The notes: generated by a model from the sequence alone, not told the origin. A stretch of 64,000 nt of DNA from a virus (IMGVR_UViG_3300033066_000802:1-64000), one strand, 5' to 3'. Counted from the stretch's first letter, positions 1-8,823 are shown. Made by a program: numbers and translations.

Positions 1-1
1 T

Positions 2-598
2 GGTTCTTCTGGTTCATCAGGCGCTAACGGTACGTCAGGTTCATCAGGTGCAAATGGTGCTAACGGTGCTAACGGCTCAAGTGGTTCTTCTGGAGCTAAC
101 GGTGCTAATGGATCGAGCGGGTCATCAGGCGCAACTGGAGCAAATGGTTCAAGCGGAACTTCTGGAGCTAACGGTGCTAATGGTTCCAGTGGTACCAGTG
201 GTTCTGGGTCACCTGGTTCATCGGGTACAAGTGGTGCATCAGGCTCATCAGGTACCGCAGGTCAATCATTATCCAGAACACCATTATTAAACACAACAAC
301 ATCGTCATCATCTATTACGATTAATGCCGATACTACGGATATTTATACCGTTACCGCCTTAGCTACAGGTGTAACATTTAACGCACCAACTGGTACTATA
401 GCTGATGGTCAAACATTAGTTATTAGAATAAAAGATAATGGTACCGCCAGAGGCATTACATGGAATGCAATATTTAGAGCATCATCAGATCTTGCGTTAC
501 CAACGACAACAGTATTGGGTAAAACTATGTATCTTGGTTTTATTTATAACGTTGCGGATACAAAATGGGATTTTGTATCATTATTAAACAATATTTAA
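2..598 (+). CDS. Partial (5'-truncated) Gly-X-Ser/Asn triplet-repeat (collagen-like) fibre protein with C-terminal globular domain
   Basis: Not in ORF track; frame starting at nt 2 reads GSSGSSGANGTSGSS... then ...TLVIRIKDNGTARGITWNAIF...DTKWDFVSLLNNI-TAA(596-598). Confidence 0.8.
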   Translation, partial: GSSGSSGANGTSGSSGANGANGANGSSGSSGANGANGSSGSSGATGANGSSGTSGANGANGSSGTSGSGSPGSSGTSGASGSSGTAGQSLSRTPLLNTTTSSSSITINADTTDIYTVTALATGVTFNAPTGTIADGQTLVIRIKDNGTARGITWNAIFRASSDLALPTTTVLGKTMYLGFIYNVADTKWDFVSLLNNI

Positions 599-600
599 TT

Positions 601-1446
601 ATGAGGTTTTTTCCATTACCACTTAGATCACCAACACCTGTTGGATATTTGACTGAAACTAATACATTTTTAGCGGCTGATGCTGCATTGTCAGCTTTGT
701 CGACCACACATAAAGACGCAATTGATAGATGGTTTAGAGATTTAAAAGGTGAGAGCAACGGATCATATTCAACCTATAATGTCTTAAGTAAAATTGTTAC
801 TCTTTATCCATTTATTGGTGGTACATCAACCAGTATGGCTGTTAACGCTAAAAGTCCAGGAACATATAATTTAACACATACTGGTTCACCAACAATGAAC
901 GCAAATAGTATATCATATAATGGAACATCACAATATTCCAGAACCAATTTTACCCCAAATCAAAACTATACTGTAATTAGCGGATCAGATTTTACAGGAT
1001 TCTCAGTTCATAGAACTGATACTAATGTCGATACCAATGCAACATGTGGTGCACTTGGTTGGGGTAATACTTACTGTTATTTTCAGGGTGGTGCAAGCGG
1101 GCCTGGATATGTTGTATTAATTCTTTCGGGTAAAACAGCAATATCAGAATCAAAATCATATCCAACAAATTCTTGGTATATGGCATCGTGGGGTAGTTCA
1201 ACTTCTATGAATGCTTATGTAAATGGTACAAACGTTAAGGCAACAACCCAAACATACGACAACATACCATTACACCAATCATATATTGGGGCTTTTAACA
1301 TTAATAATTCATCTGTGGGTTATGGTGGAGCTAATACTTACGATTTCTATATGTCAGTAAAAGGTACATGGACAGATGCTGAAGCCGCTTCCATTTATAA
1401 CGCTACTAAAGCTCTTAAATCGGCTCTCGGTGTTACCTGGAACTAA
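601..1446 (+). CDS. Virion/fibre-associated protein, probable beta-sandwich (LamG/ConA-like) domain
   Basis: ATG at 601 directly after upstream stop; T/S/N/G/Y-rich; YVNG and IGA motifs typical of LamG-like folds. Confidence 0.5.
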   Translation: MRFFPLPLRSPTPVGYLTETNTFLAADAALSALSTTHKDAIDRWFRDLKGESNGSYSTYNVLSKIVTLYPFIGGTSTSMAVNAKSPGTYNLTHTGSPTMNANSISYNGTSQYSRTNFTPNQNYTVISGSDFTGFSVHRTDTNVDTNATCGALGWGNTYCYFQGGASGPGYVVLILSGKTAISESKSYPTNSWYMASWGSSTSMNAYVNGTNVKATTQTYDNIPLHQSYIGAFNINNSSVGYGGANTYDFYMSVKGTWTDAEAASIYNATKALKSALGVTWN

Positions 1447-2520
1447 TTACTTATTATAACGATTATAAGCATTATTAGTTATTAGATTATATTTAACTTT
1501 ACCAATAAAGTCAGATAAACTATAACAATCAGTATAACTCATAGCTGATCTAAGATAATGTTCGAAATTATCAACCCATCCAGATAAAGTATATTCAACT
1601 TTCTGATATTTACTTATACCCTCCGATGTTTTTAGTGTGGTATTACCCATCGCTCTTTGAGCATCTTTGGTTGACATTCCTCTGAATTTTTTATATAGGT
1701 GACCATGATCCATCATAGTTAATAATTCATCTTTAACAAGACTTTTCGGTGGGGTAACATATGAATAGACACTATAGTATGATTTAATATATTCATCAAC
1801 TGAAACAATATTCCCGTTATAATCAATAGCCATCTCACCAGCACTCTCAAACGATTTATTAAATATAGACCCAAGCATAACATAGTCGGCACCAAGAGCC
1901 AACGCTTTGATTACATCAGCATACTTTTTAAATCCACCATCAGCTACTATCTTTGCTGGATTAATCAGTTCACATGACACATCATAACACTCTTTTATAA
2001 GTGAACCCATTGGGTATCCAATACCCGTTTGTTGTGTTGTTAAACAACCCCCACCATTTCCGATACCAACTCTAACATAATCAGCACCAGCATTCGATAA
2101 TGCAACATATGTTCTTGGATGTGCTACATTACCAGCCATGATAATAATATTATTACCATGTTTATCTTTTAGATATTTTATTTTATCATACAACTTGGTC
2201 ATATGACCATTTGCTATATCTATAAGGAAATAGAATGGTGAGCGATTCATATCCCAATATTCGTCACTGATGTCTAAGCCACCAGAAGTGAATAATCGAT
2301 CATTAGTACTACCATACAGTTTTGCTGTCCTCGGTAATACAACACCTATTTTATTATCGTGAAAATCACGTATATTATCTACACTTACAACAGTATCCAT
2401 TGGTGCTGTAAATATCGGTAAAAATCCATTCTTATAATATACATCAATAACTGAACGAGTACTAATACTGGACTGTATAGCTGGTTCAATCAGTATATCG
2501 TCAAAATCAAACTTCATCAT
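1447..2520 (-). CDS. GMP reductase / IMP dehydrogenase family
   Basis: APMDTV, IDIANGH, GNVA, RVGIGNGGGCLT (catalytic Cys), ADGG, KALALGAD, FRGMS, SEG, LRSAMSY motifs; no CBS domains. Confidence 0.9.
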   Translation of the reverse strand: MMKFDFDDILIEPAIQSSISTRSVIDVYYKNGFLPIFTAPMDTVVSVDNIRDFHDNKIGVVLPRTAKLYGSTNDRLFTSGGLDISDEYWDMNRSPFYFLIDIANGHMTKLYDKIKYLKDKHGNNIIIMAGNVAHPRTYVALSNAGADYVRVGIGNGGGCLTTQQTGIGYPMGSLIKECYDVSCELINPAKIVADGGFKKYADVIKALALGADYVMLGSIFNKSFESAGEMAIDYNGNIVSVDEYIKSYYSVYSYVTPPKSLVKDELLTMMDHGHLYKKFRGMSTKDAQRAMGNTTLKTSEGISKYQKVEYTLSGWVDNFEHYLRSAMSYTDCYSLSDFIGKVKYNLITNNAYNRYNK

Positions 2521-2897
2521 ATTAAACCTAATTTCGTAAATGTTTCTATATTGAATTCAGCAAAAGCGCCTTCAAATAATAATTTTTTATCTATATAACC
2601 GATAAGATGTGGTTCATTCGTATTCATTTCACCAAACACATCACCAGTAAATATTGCACATGGTTTCTTAACACCATCTTTGTCAATACAATCTCTGGTC
2701 ATAATATGTTTGGCATTTTTAAGGTTTAAACCTGTTTCCTCAAATAATTCACGAATGATTACCTCAAGCGGGGTTTCACCAGGATCAATTTTACCACCTG
2801 GTAAACCCCACTTAGTATGGTCGGTTTTACGGGTTACACCCAGAACCAAACCATTGGTATCGAATGTAAGTAAACAAACAGAAAAAATCGTTTCCAT
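2517..2897 (-). CDS. NUDIX hydrolase
   Basis: Nudix box GGKIDPGETPLEVIIRELFEETGL. Confidence 0.92.
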   Translation of the reverse strand: METIFSVCLLTFDTNGLVLGVTRKTDHTKWGLPGGKIDPGETPLEVIIRELFEETGLNLKNAKHIMTRDCIDKDGVKKPCAIFTGDVFGEMNTNEPHLIGYIDKKLLFEGAFAEFNIETFTKLGLI

Positions 2898-2899
2898 AA

Positions 2900-3361
2900 T
2901 TAGATTAATATACGGTCAAGAATCTTTTTGAAAGTAGCCATGTCATACTGACCATTGTACTTCTGCTTAAACGCACCTGTTGTTTTACCTGGTAAAACAT
3001 TACTTGGTACACCACCTAATGTCGGTATTATGGCACGTATTCCAGCCTCAATTTCAGCTTCTGTCATCTGCGCTGGTAAGTATGATTGAAACACCAACAT
3101 TTCAGCTGTTTCAGCCGCTACAAGGTCAGCACGACCACCTTTTTCAAATTGAGCTATAGAGTCCTGACGCTGTTTAATAGCCTTTGTTATAACCTTTAAA
3201 ACATCATCATCGGTTAAAACGACCTTACCCTTATCGGTAAGTTCAGCTTTTGTTATTTCGTTCTTAAGACTATTTAACGCAGCCTTGGTAACTTTGGTGG
3301 CTTCACCACCCTTCCATGCGATAATATAATCCGCATTTATTTTATTCTGTAAAGTAGACAT
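2900..3361 (-). CDS. YqeY / GatB-domain protein
   Basis: KQRQDSIAQFEKGGRADLVAAETAEM...YLPAQMTEAEI signature. Confidence 0.88.
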   Translation of the reverse strand: MSTLQNKINADYIIAWKGGEATKVTKAALNSLKNEITKAELTDKGKVVLTDDDVLKVITKAIKQRQDSIAQFEKGGRADLVAAETAEMLVFQSYLPAQMTEAEIEAGIRAIIPTLGGVPSNVLPGKTTGAFKQKYNGQYDMATFKKILDRILI

Positions 3362-3366
3362 AGTTT

Positions 3367-3693
3367 TTATTTTTTCTTTTTAAATTCAAATGTTGCTGGA
3401 TAAGTTTCATTATACCCAGGCTTATCATAGATAACAACCCAACCCTCAGCACGATAGATATCCTCAACATCCAACCATTTGTTTTTGAATATCTCAGAAC
3501 GACTATAATTAGATTTTTTTTGGATTTCATCTATTATTTCATCCTGGGTTATCGTTGATGAATATCCGTTCCATTTACGTGGAATCATAACATTAAACGA
3601 CTCAATAACCACATCGGGTATTGTGTTGAGTTTAAGCTCAACAATATTATCTGGGCTAATTGGTTTTGCGTTCATATTTTTTTCTTTTACCAT
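3367..3693 (-). CDS. Hypothetical phage protein
   Basis: 108 aa ORF in tight gene run; WLDVEDIYRAEGW..YDKP.YNE motif. Confidence 0.7.
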   Translation of the reverse strand: MVKEKNMNAKPISPDNIVELKLNTIPDVVIESFNVMIPRKWNGYSSTITQDEIIDEIQKKSNYSRSEIFKNKWLDVEDIYRAEGWVVIYDKPGYNETYPATFEFKKKK

Positions 3694-3920
3694 TCAACTT
3701 GCCAATAATCACCATCTCTTTGGTCTGATACAAATAAACACTTATACCCCTGTTCTTTAAGCCTTTTTATTATAGCTTTTGTACCATTTTTATCCTCAAT
3801 TGATGTTGATGATTTACCCTTGAGTGATCTACTTTTAATTAATTCGTATATATGATTAAGTCTTACCTCATCTAAGATGCCACCGTCTTCAACGATTTTT
3901 CTTGCCTCAGTTGCGTTCAT
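3687..3920 (-). CDS. Hypothetical protein
   Basis: 77 aa ORF overlapping neighbours. Confidence 0.65.
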   Translation of the reverse strand: MNATEARKIVEDGGILDEVRLNHIYELIKSRSLKGKSSTSIEDKNGTKAIIKRLKEQGYKCLFVSDQRDGDYWQVEW

Positions 3921-4395
3921 TTTGTATTTCTTTTTTAACTGCTGTTAATATTTCACCTAACCAGTTCGTACCACGCCAGTTGGTTGGGTCTTCTATACCT
4001 GGTGCGTCTTCCGATAACCCAATACCCCAAATAATATCTTTAGGTGATGCTTCAACTAATAAACGATCTCCAGTACCTAACAATTCAGCTTTAAGTTTTG
4101 GGTTTTGTGTAAATTTAGCATAATTGGCATCGAATACAAATTGTTTACAATTAGCTTCCCATATCGCTTTATCAAAGTTTCTTACTTTACGACCCCAATC
4201 TTGTTGATCCCTTGGATGTTCTTCATCCATAATTAAATCAGCTGTTTCGTGATCACCAAATAACATGGCTTTCTTATACATCATGTACTGTTCAGCACAG
4301 TTGAATTTCATACCATCTATTACAAATGGGTAATGGCGTTTCCATTGGGAAAATGAACCATTCCAGAAGAATACATATTTATCTGTAACTTTCAT
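3907..4395 (-). CDS. NADAR (YbiA-like) ADP-ribosyl/N-glycosidase
   Basis: FSQW, AEQYMMYKKA.LFGD, KFTQNP.L...LL.TG...LVEASP.D.IWGIG, G.NWLG motifs. Confidence 0.92.
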   Translation of the reverse strand: MKVTDKYVFFWNGSFSQWKRHYPFVIDGMKFNCAEQYMMYKKAMLFGDHETADLIMDEEHPRDQQDWGRKVRNFDKAIWEANCKQFVFDANYAKFTQNPKLKAELLGTGDRLLVEASPKDIIWGIGLSEDAPGIEDPTNWRGTNWLGEILTAVKKEIQNERN

Positions 4396-4398
4396 ATA

Positions 4399-4725
4399 TT
4401 AATTTTTATAAATTGCGATTTGACTTTGACCTGAAGAATCTTTCCAGACCTTACCACAGATGTTTGGTTCTGGTTTTTCTTTTTTGGTTTTCACTTTTGA
4501 TTTTGGCTTATCATCCAACTCACACCATTCAGGTATTTCACATTCCTTTTTCACATTATATGGTCTACAAGCAACTGTAACATTTCGATTCGACTTTTTA
4601 CAAAATACCTTTACATCATCATGACAGAACCAATCATCTGGGTCAGGATCAACCTGAACCACGTGAAAAGGACAGTCTGTACAATTTTTTATTTCAAGTA
4701 CCTTCGTCCCCATATTCTTTTTCAT
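4399..4725 (-). CDS. Hypothetical Cys-rich protein
   Basis: CTDCPF...IPEWCEL; follows promoter at 4743-4774. Confidence 0.65.
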   Translation of the reverse strand: MKKNMGTKVLEIKNCTDCPFHVVQVDPDPDDWFCHDDVKVFCKKSNRNVTVACRPYNVKKECEIPEWCELDDKPKSKVKTKKEKPEPNICGKVWKDSSGQSQIAIYKN

Positions 4726-4742
4726 AAAATCAAATTAGACTA

Positions 4743-4774
4743 CAAATTTAAGGAGAAATTTTGATATAAACAAA
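4743..4774 (-). promoter_or_regulatory. Bacteroidota-type housekeeping promoter (-33 TTTG / -7 TAnnTTTG)
   Basis: Minus strand TTTG-N20-TAAATTTG. Confidence 0.75.
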
Positions 4775-4857
4775 TTTATTTCAAAAAATAATCTAAAAAA
4801 GAAAAACCAGAAATTGTACAATAAAGCTACTCACCTTATTATATAAAATCTGGTTTA

Positions 4858-4931
4858 TTGTGTTACAGTGGGTTTCGATCCCTTTCTAAGATGTCCACAA
4901 CATCTCGTGCTACCATTACACTACAGTAACC
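4858..4931 (-). tRNA. tRNA-His(GUG)
   Basis: Cloverleaf, AGATG-TT GTG GA-CATCT, G-1. Confidence 0.8.
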
Positions 4932-4944
4932 ATGTTAATTTTGT

Positions 4945-5018
4945 TGGGGTCAAGCACGGTATTGATCCGAGTTCTCTTGATTCACAGTCAAGCACATCAC
5001 CTTAATGCTTCAAGACCC
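4945..5018 (-). tRNA. tRNA-His(GUG)
   Basis: CTTGA-CT GTG AA-TCAAG; encoded CCA. Confidence 0.8.
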
Positions 5019-5027
5019 ATGTTATTC

Positions 5028-5102
5028 TGTAGCCCCTGGCAGAATCGAACTGCCGCTTCCACTTTGTAAGAGTGGCACACTTAACCACTATGTTAAGGGG
5101 CT
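5028..5102 (-). tRNA. tRNA-Val(UAC)
   Basis: CCACT-CT TAC AA-AGTGG; TTCGATT T-loop. Confidence 0.85.
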
Positions 5103-5105
5103 ATA

Positions 5106-5642
5106 TCACCAACCTTCAATTTGTGCGTGTCTAATTCTATGGCAATTGGCGCATAGTATCGCACATTTATCAAGTTCATTTGTTATTTTATCCCAAGATT
5201 GATATTTGATTTTATCAAAGTTTGGGTCTTTTTGTTTAGGTTCAAGATGATGAAATTCAAAAACAGAATAATGTGATTTTTCAAGTTTCAACTCACAATC
5301 TTCACACTGGTTGCCCTTATAACTAATCATTTTAAGTTTAACCTCTTTTACTCTATTAGTATGATATGCATTACTACATTTCTTACAATAACCACCAACA
5401 TCATTTCTATTTATCCTTTTGTAAAAATCAATTAATGGCTTAACCTTTTCACATTTTGGACAAAATTTATCAACTCTATCTTTTTTATTATATTGATTAG
5501 TTTTTGTTTTTAATTCAAAAGTATTTAACCAATATTTTACACTACCTTGTGAACATTTAAGTTCATCCGCAATTTTTCGTTGGGAATAACCCAGCTCTAT
5601 TAAATTCACCAATACATCTTTTTCCATGATAATAAATATCAC
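5106..5642 (-). CDS. HNH homing endonuclease (HTH + Zn-finger + HNH)
   Basis: CxxC pairs, FHHLEP..KD, LCANCHR; probable start MEKD at ~5627. Confidence 0.88.
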   Translation of the reverse strand: MIFIIMEKDVLVNLIELGYSQRKIADELKCSQGSVKYWLNTFELKTKTNQYNKKDRVDKFCPKCEKVKPLIDFYKRINRNDVGGYCKKCSNAYHTNRVKEVKLKMISYKGNQCEDCELKLEKSHYSVFEFHHLEPKQKDPNFDKIKYQSWDKITNELDKCAILCANCHRIRHAQIEGW

Positions 5643-5660
5643 TCACTTTAGAAAAAGATA

Positions 5661-5687
5661 ACTCTGAACCAACTGAGCTATACGGCT
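5661..5687 (-). pseudogene. Orphan tRNA 5' fragment (acceptor strand + D-arm), probably Val
   Basis: AGCCGTA-TA-GCTC-AGTTGGTTCA-GAGT ends abruptly at the HNH cassette. Confidence 0.75.
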
Positions 5688-5781
5688 AAATTTCTACCAG
5701 TTACGATTACCACAATTACGTAACGCCTCGCTCGCTAACGGAGCCGTTCTTTTTACGGGGTGGATTAAACTATGATATCCC

Positions 5782-5862
5782 TGTGCGCCTGGTTGGGTTC
5801 GAACCAACGACCCCCTGGTTAAAAGCCAGGTGCTTTAATCTACCAATCTGAGCTACAAGCGC
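5782..5862 (-). tRNA. tRNA-Lys(UUU), enlarged D-loop
   Basis: CCTGG-CT TTT AA-CCAGG. Confidence 0.88.
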
Positions 5863-5962
5863 ATTATTTAAATGTCTACTATAATATGCTTTTTGGGTAC
5901 CAGCGACCATTTTGCATAATTTAATATTCATTTCAACATAAAACAAAACGTCATATGTTGCT

Positions 5963-6037
5963 TGTGATCCCACAGGGATTCGAACCCTGAACCCGCTGGT
6001 TAAAAGCCAGCTACTCTACCAATTGAGCTATAAGATC
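5963..6037 (-). tRNA. tRNA-Lys(UUU)
   Basis: GCTGG-CT TTT AA-CCAGC. Confidence 0.9.
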
Positions 6038-6110
6038 GTGTGAGAGTATAGTTTGTTAAGCTATATGTTCACGCTGTTAGGCAGACATCCTACAATTTAG
6101 ATGAACTCTC

Positions 6111-6186
6111 TGGTGGTTCCACAGGGACTCGAACCCTGAACCCGCTGATTAAGAGTCAGCTGCGCTGCCAGTTGCGCCATGAAACC
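6111..6186 (-). tRNA. tRNA-Lys(CUU)
   Basis: GCTGA-CT CTT AA-TCAGC; encoded CCA. Confidence 0.92.
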
Positions 6187-6190
6187 AAAT

Positions 6191-6219
6191 AAAAAACCCC
6201 CGATTTTAGGTCAGGGGTT
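6191..6219 (-). terminator. Intrinsic terminator (attenuator 1) immediately before tRNA-Lys(CUU)
   Basis: AACCCCTGA-CCTAAAA-TCGGGGGTT-TTTT. Confidence 0.8.
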
Positions 6220-6245
6220 GTAAAGATCTTAGTTATAAGATATCC

Positions 6246-6326
6246 TTAGAAGTCATCAAAATACTCCCCCGTTAACACAAAGTGTTTCACATGTTTACTA
6301 TGTTTGACTATGACTATCTTTTTCAT
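6246..6326 (-). CDS. Putative attenuator leader peptide 1, MKKIVIVKHSKHVKHFVLTGEYFDDF
   Basis: 26 aa ORF between promoter and terminator; 12 of codons 2-17 are Lys/Val/His, the downstream tRNA isotypes. Confidence 0.75.
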   Translation of the reverse strand: MKKIVIVKHSKHVKHFVLTGEYFDDF

Positions 6327-6359
6327 CTTATTATATTTTTATTCGTTTTTTAAAATTAC

Positions 6360-6413
6360 AGGTTGTGCTTGTTTTTCGCTAAAAGAAAGTTTTTAATTTG
6401 CTGAATACAACCT
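6360..6413 (-). ncRNA. Stem + CAGCAA module RNA (stand-alone)
   Basis: AGGTTGT-ATTCAGCAA...TTTC TTTTAGC GAAA...AAGC-ACAACCT. Confidence 0.6.
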
Positions 6414-6428
6414 CATTAATAATTAGTA

Positions 6429-6460
6429 CAAATGTACGCAATGTTTTCGAAATAAACAAA
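6429..6460 (-). promoter_or_regulatory. Bacteroidota-type promoter of the Lys/Val/His tRNA block
   Basis: TTTG-N20-TACATTTG. Confidence 0.78.
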
Positions 6461-6535
6461 TTTATTTCAAAATTTATTTTTCTGGCTCAAAAAATCACTA
6501 ATTTGAGCTTCAAATCATACTGGGATTAAAAGAAT

Positions 6536-6609
6536 TGTGACTCCACAAGGAATCGAACCTTGATATGTTCTTTAGAAGAGAACCGCTCTATCCATTGAGC
6601 TATGGAGCC
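6536..6609 (-). tRNA. tRNA-Arg(UCU)
   Basis: GTTCT-CT TCT AA-AGAAC. Confidence 0.88.
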
Positions 6610-6698
6610 AAGTTTTGAAATTCACCAGCCACATCAGAAAAGCTGTCCATTCTGCGTAGTTTAAAGGATACCGTTACAGCCCTAACCTACTGGTTTTA

Positions 6699-6971
6699 TT
6701 ATTTACAAGCTGTTATTTTATTCCAAAGTTTTTTATCAGCTATACTTTTTTTACGACCATACCATCTAATACTACGCATAAAACCCATATTTTCACCTAT
6801 ATAATGAGCGAGGAAACTCTCAATAGATTGAGATTGATCCACACGACCATCCGATTTTCTACGCATAAATAATTTACCATCACAAAACTTATAATCCCAA
6901 TATTTTCGTATTTTTTTTAAAACCTTAATATTCATAACCATTAATTTTTTTACTCGTACTAATAAAATCAT
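6699..6971 (-). CDS. Hypothetical basic protein
   Basis: ORF track; likely start MNIK ~6935. Confidence 0.55.
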   Translation of the reverse strand: MILLVRVKKLMVMNIKVLKKIRKYWDYKFCDGKLFMRRKSDGRVDQSQSIESFLAHYIGENMGFMRSIRWYGRKKSIADKKLWNKITACK

Positions 6972-7236
6972 TTACAAACTTATCCACCACTGATAAATAT
7001 TCCCCATTAATTGAGTACTTCACAAATTTACCATCTTTAATAACTTTTATGATATTTGCCTTACGTAATATTGCAAGATGTTGTGACATTATTGACACTT
7101 CAAGATGCATTATTTTACTCAAATCAGTAATGTTCATATCTTTATTTTTAGATATGTTTTTTAATATCTCTTGCCTGGTTCTATGATTTAGAGAACGTAG
7201 GATCATTGACACCTCTTTTACTGACACATAATTCAT
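6925..7236 (-). CDS. ArsR/SmtB-family HTH transcription regulator
   Basis: LRSLNHRTRQEIL...SQHLAILRKANII...GKFVKYS; start moved to MNYV because 7254 lies inside a tRNA. Confidence 0.85.
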   Translation of the reverse strand: MNYVSVKEVSMILRSLNHRTRQEILKNISKNKDMNITDLSKIMHLEVSIMSQHLAILRKANIIKVIKDGKFVKYSINGEYLSVVDKFVNDFISTSKKINGYEY

Positions 7237-7238
7237 AA

Positions 7239-7313
7239 TGGTACCGATAAACAATTTTGAAATGTCGTCCTCACCCTTATGAGGGGTGCGCTCTGCCTCT
7301 GAGCTATATCGGT
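7239..7313 (-). tRNA. tRNA(CAU), probably Ile2 (lysidine type)
   Basis: CACCC-CT CAT AA-GGGTG (Ile-type anticodon arm); encoded CCA. Confidence 0.78.
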
Positions 7314-7556
7314 ATTAACTGGCATAGCTTTCATCACCAGTGTAGTAGTGCTTGTATAACTACTTTGATCGACTCGTCCCCTTAGCCATCGATCAATGCG
7401 CCATTTCAACCGTTAATTACTCGGCTTACTACAAGAGTTATAGGTAACACCTATCAGTTAAAAAATTGGTACGTTCTCAGATTCCTCTATCTAATCAGTA
7501 CCTGTCCCTAATGTTTGAGGTGAAGGAATTCCTCAAACCTGTCAGAGGGGACTTTC

Positions 7557-7631
7557 GAGCAGGTAATGAGATTCGAACTCACAACTTCCGACTTGGAAGG
7601 ACGGCACTCTAACCAATTGAGCTACACCTGC
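7557..7631 (-). tRNA. tRNA-Gly(UCC)
   Basis: CT TCC AA loop, U73; nt 8-10 (TAG) are the stop codon of the upstream HNH. Confidence 0.88.
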
Positions 7632-8050
7632 ATTGTTTTTTGTTGATAATGTAAATCCCTATGACAGTTAGAACATAATACAACACATTTATTTATTTCA
7701 TCTAATATTCGTTGTTTGTTAGCTGTTTTTACTAAACTTGAAACATCAATATCTTTTTCATTCGGATCAAGATGATGAAAATCTAAAACCCAATGTCTAT
7801 CCTCACCACATTTAGTACAAGACGAATTTTGTTTTATTTCTAAAACCCAATTAATAATATTTTGATTATAAATTTTAGCCTTATCAATATACTTTTGCTT
7901 ATTATTAATATAATGCTCACGTCTATAATTTTTTTGACATACCCGACACAAAGATTGATGATATTTTACTCTTCTATCTGTTCGACTCGCAAAATATTCA
8001 TCAGTCAATGGTATATCTTTTTTACAACCATTACAAAATTTTGTTACCAT
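7622..8050 (-). CDS. HNH homing endonuclease
   Basis: CxxC pairs, LDFHHLDPNEKD, LCSNCHR; start MVTK (8107 start lies in a tRNA). Confidence 0.88.
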   Translation of the reverse strand: MVTKFCNGCKKDIPLTDEYFASRTDRRVKYHQSLCRVCQKNYRREHYINNKQKYIDKAKIYNQNIINWVLEIKQNSSCTKCGEDRHWVLDFHHLDPNEKDIDVSSLVKTANKQRILDEINKCVVLCSNCHRDLHYQQKTMQV

Positions 8051-8060
8051 ATCAAAAAAT

Positions 8061-8133
8061 GAGCGGTAGAGTGGAGTCGAACCACCATTTTTGCCTTGGT
8101 AAGGCAATATAATAGCCTTTATACGACTACCGC
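8061..8133 (-). tRNA. tRNA-Gly(ACC), rare A34 anticodon
   Basis: TTGCC-TT ACC AA-GGCAA; acceptor GCGGTAG/CTACCGC, U73. Confidence 0.82.
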
Positions 8134-8472
8134 AATTGAGGCGATGCTTCGGTACGCCTCGATTCCCTATTCACCCATTTATAGTGACACCAGAAGCTTC
8201 TGTTTGTTCATTCCCTCGCTACTAATCGGTTGCCATACGACCAAGAATTCCAGATCCTGTTGGATCAACTCCTTTCGGAGAACGCCATGAGCAGCGCTAA
8301 TAATTGATTTTCATTTCGTTCAATTACTAAAACACGGTTGACTTTTAATGAGTTCCCCTCTCAATATTTTTAAAGTAGTCCCTGAGCAATAGACTCTGTA
8401 CCAGCGCTGATACCTATTGGGGACTCATGTTACGTTACATCTTATGATGTAAGAGGCTTTACACGCCACACT

Positions 8473-8546
8473 GAGCGGCAGACTGGATTCGAACCAGCGA
8501 CCTGGTACTTGGCAAGCACCTGCTCTACCAACTGAGCTACTACCGC
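8473..8546 (-). tRNA. tRNA-Gly(GCC)
   Basis: GCC anticodon, GCGGTAG/CTGCCGC acceptor, U73. Confidence 0.9.
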
Positions 8547-8823
8547 AAATAAAGTCAGAGGCTTGTGGGAATCCGATAACCTCGGCTGTACACACCTTTC
8601 GCTGATTGCTCAACTACACACGCTTGACTTTAAAGCTTACAAAAAACATCTTATCCCAATGTCATGAGGCTTGCGCCAGGGGAATCCGTTTACCATCCAA
8701 TCGTTTTTAATGAGGGATTGGAACCTCAGCCCAAAATAAAGTTACTAAGGAGAGTGTTCGCTCAAACAGGTAATGAACCTATATTCTCAACACTTAGAGG
8801 TGTTTTGCTACCCTTTTCACTTT

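Noticed and set aside
6039-6110. tRNA-like element with a CTA triplet (amber suppressor, tRNA-Pyl or TAG recoding?)
   Set aside because: Anticodon stem and T-loop are poor, and TAG is used as a normal stop with intact long ORFs; at most a degenerate tRNA-like RNA.
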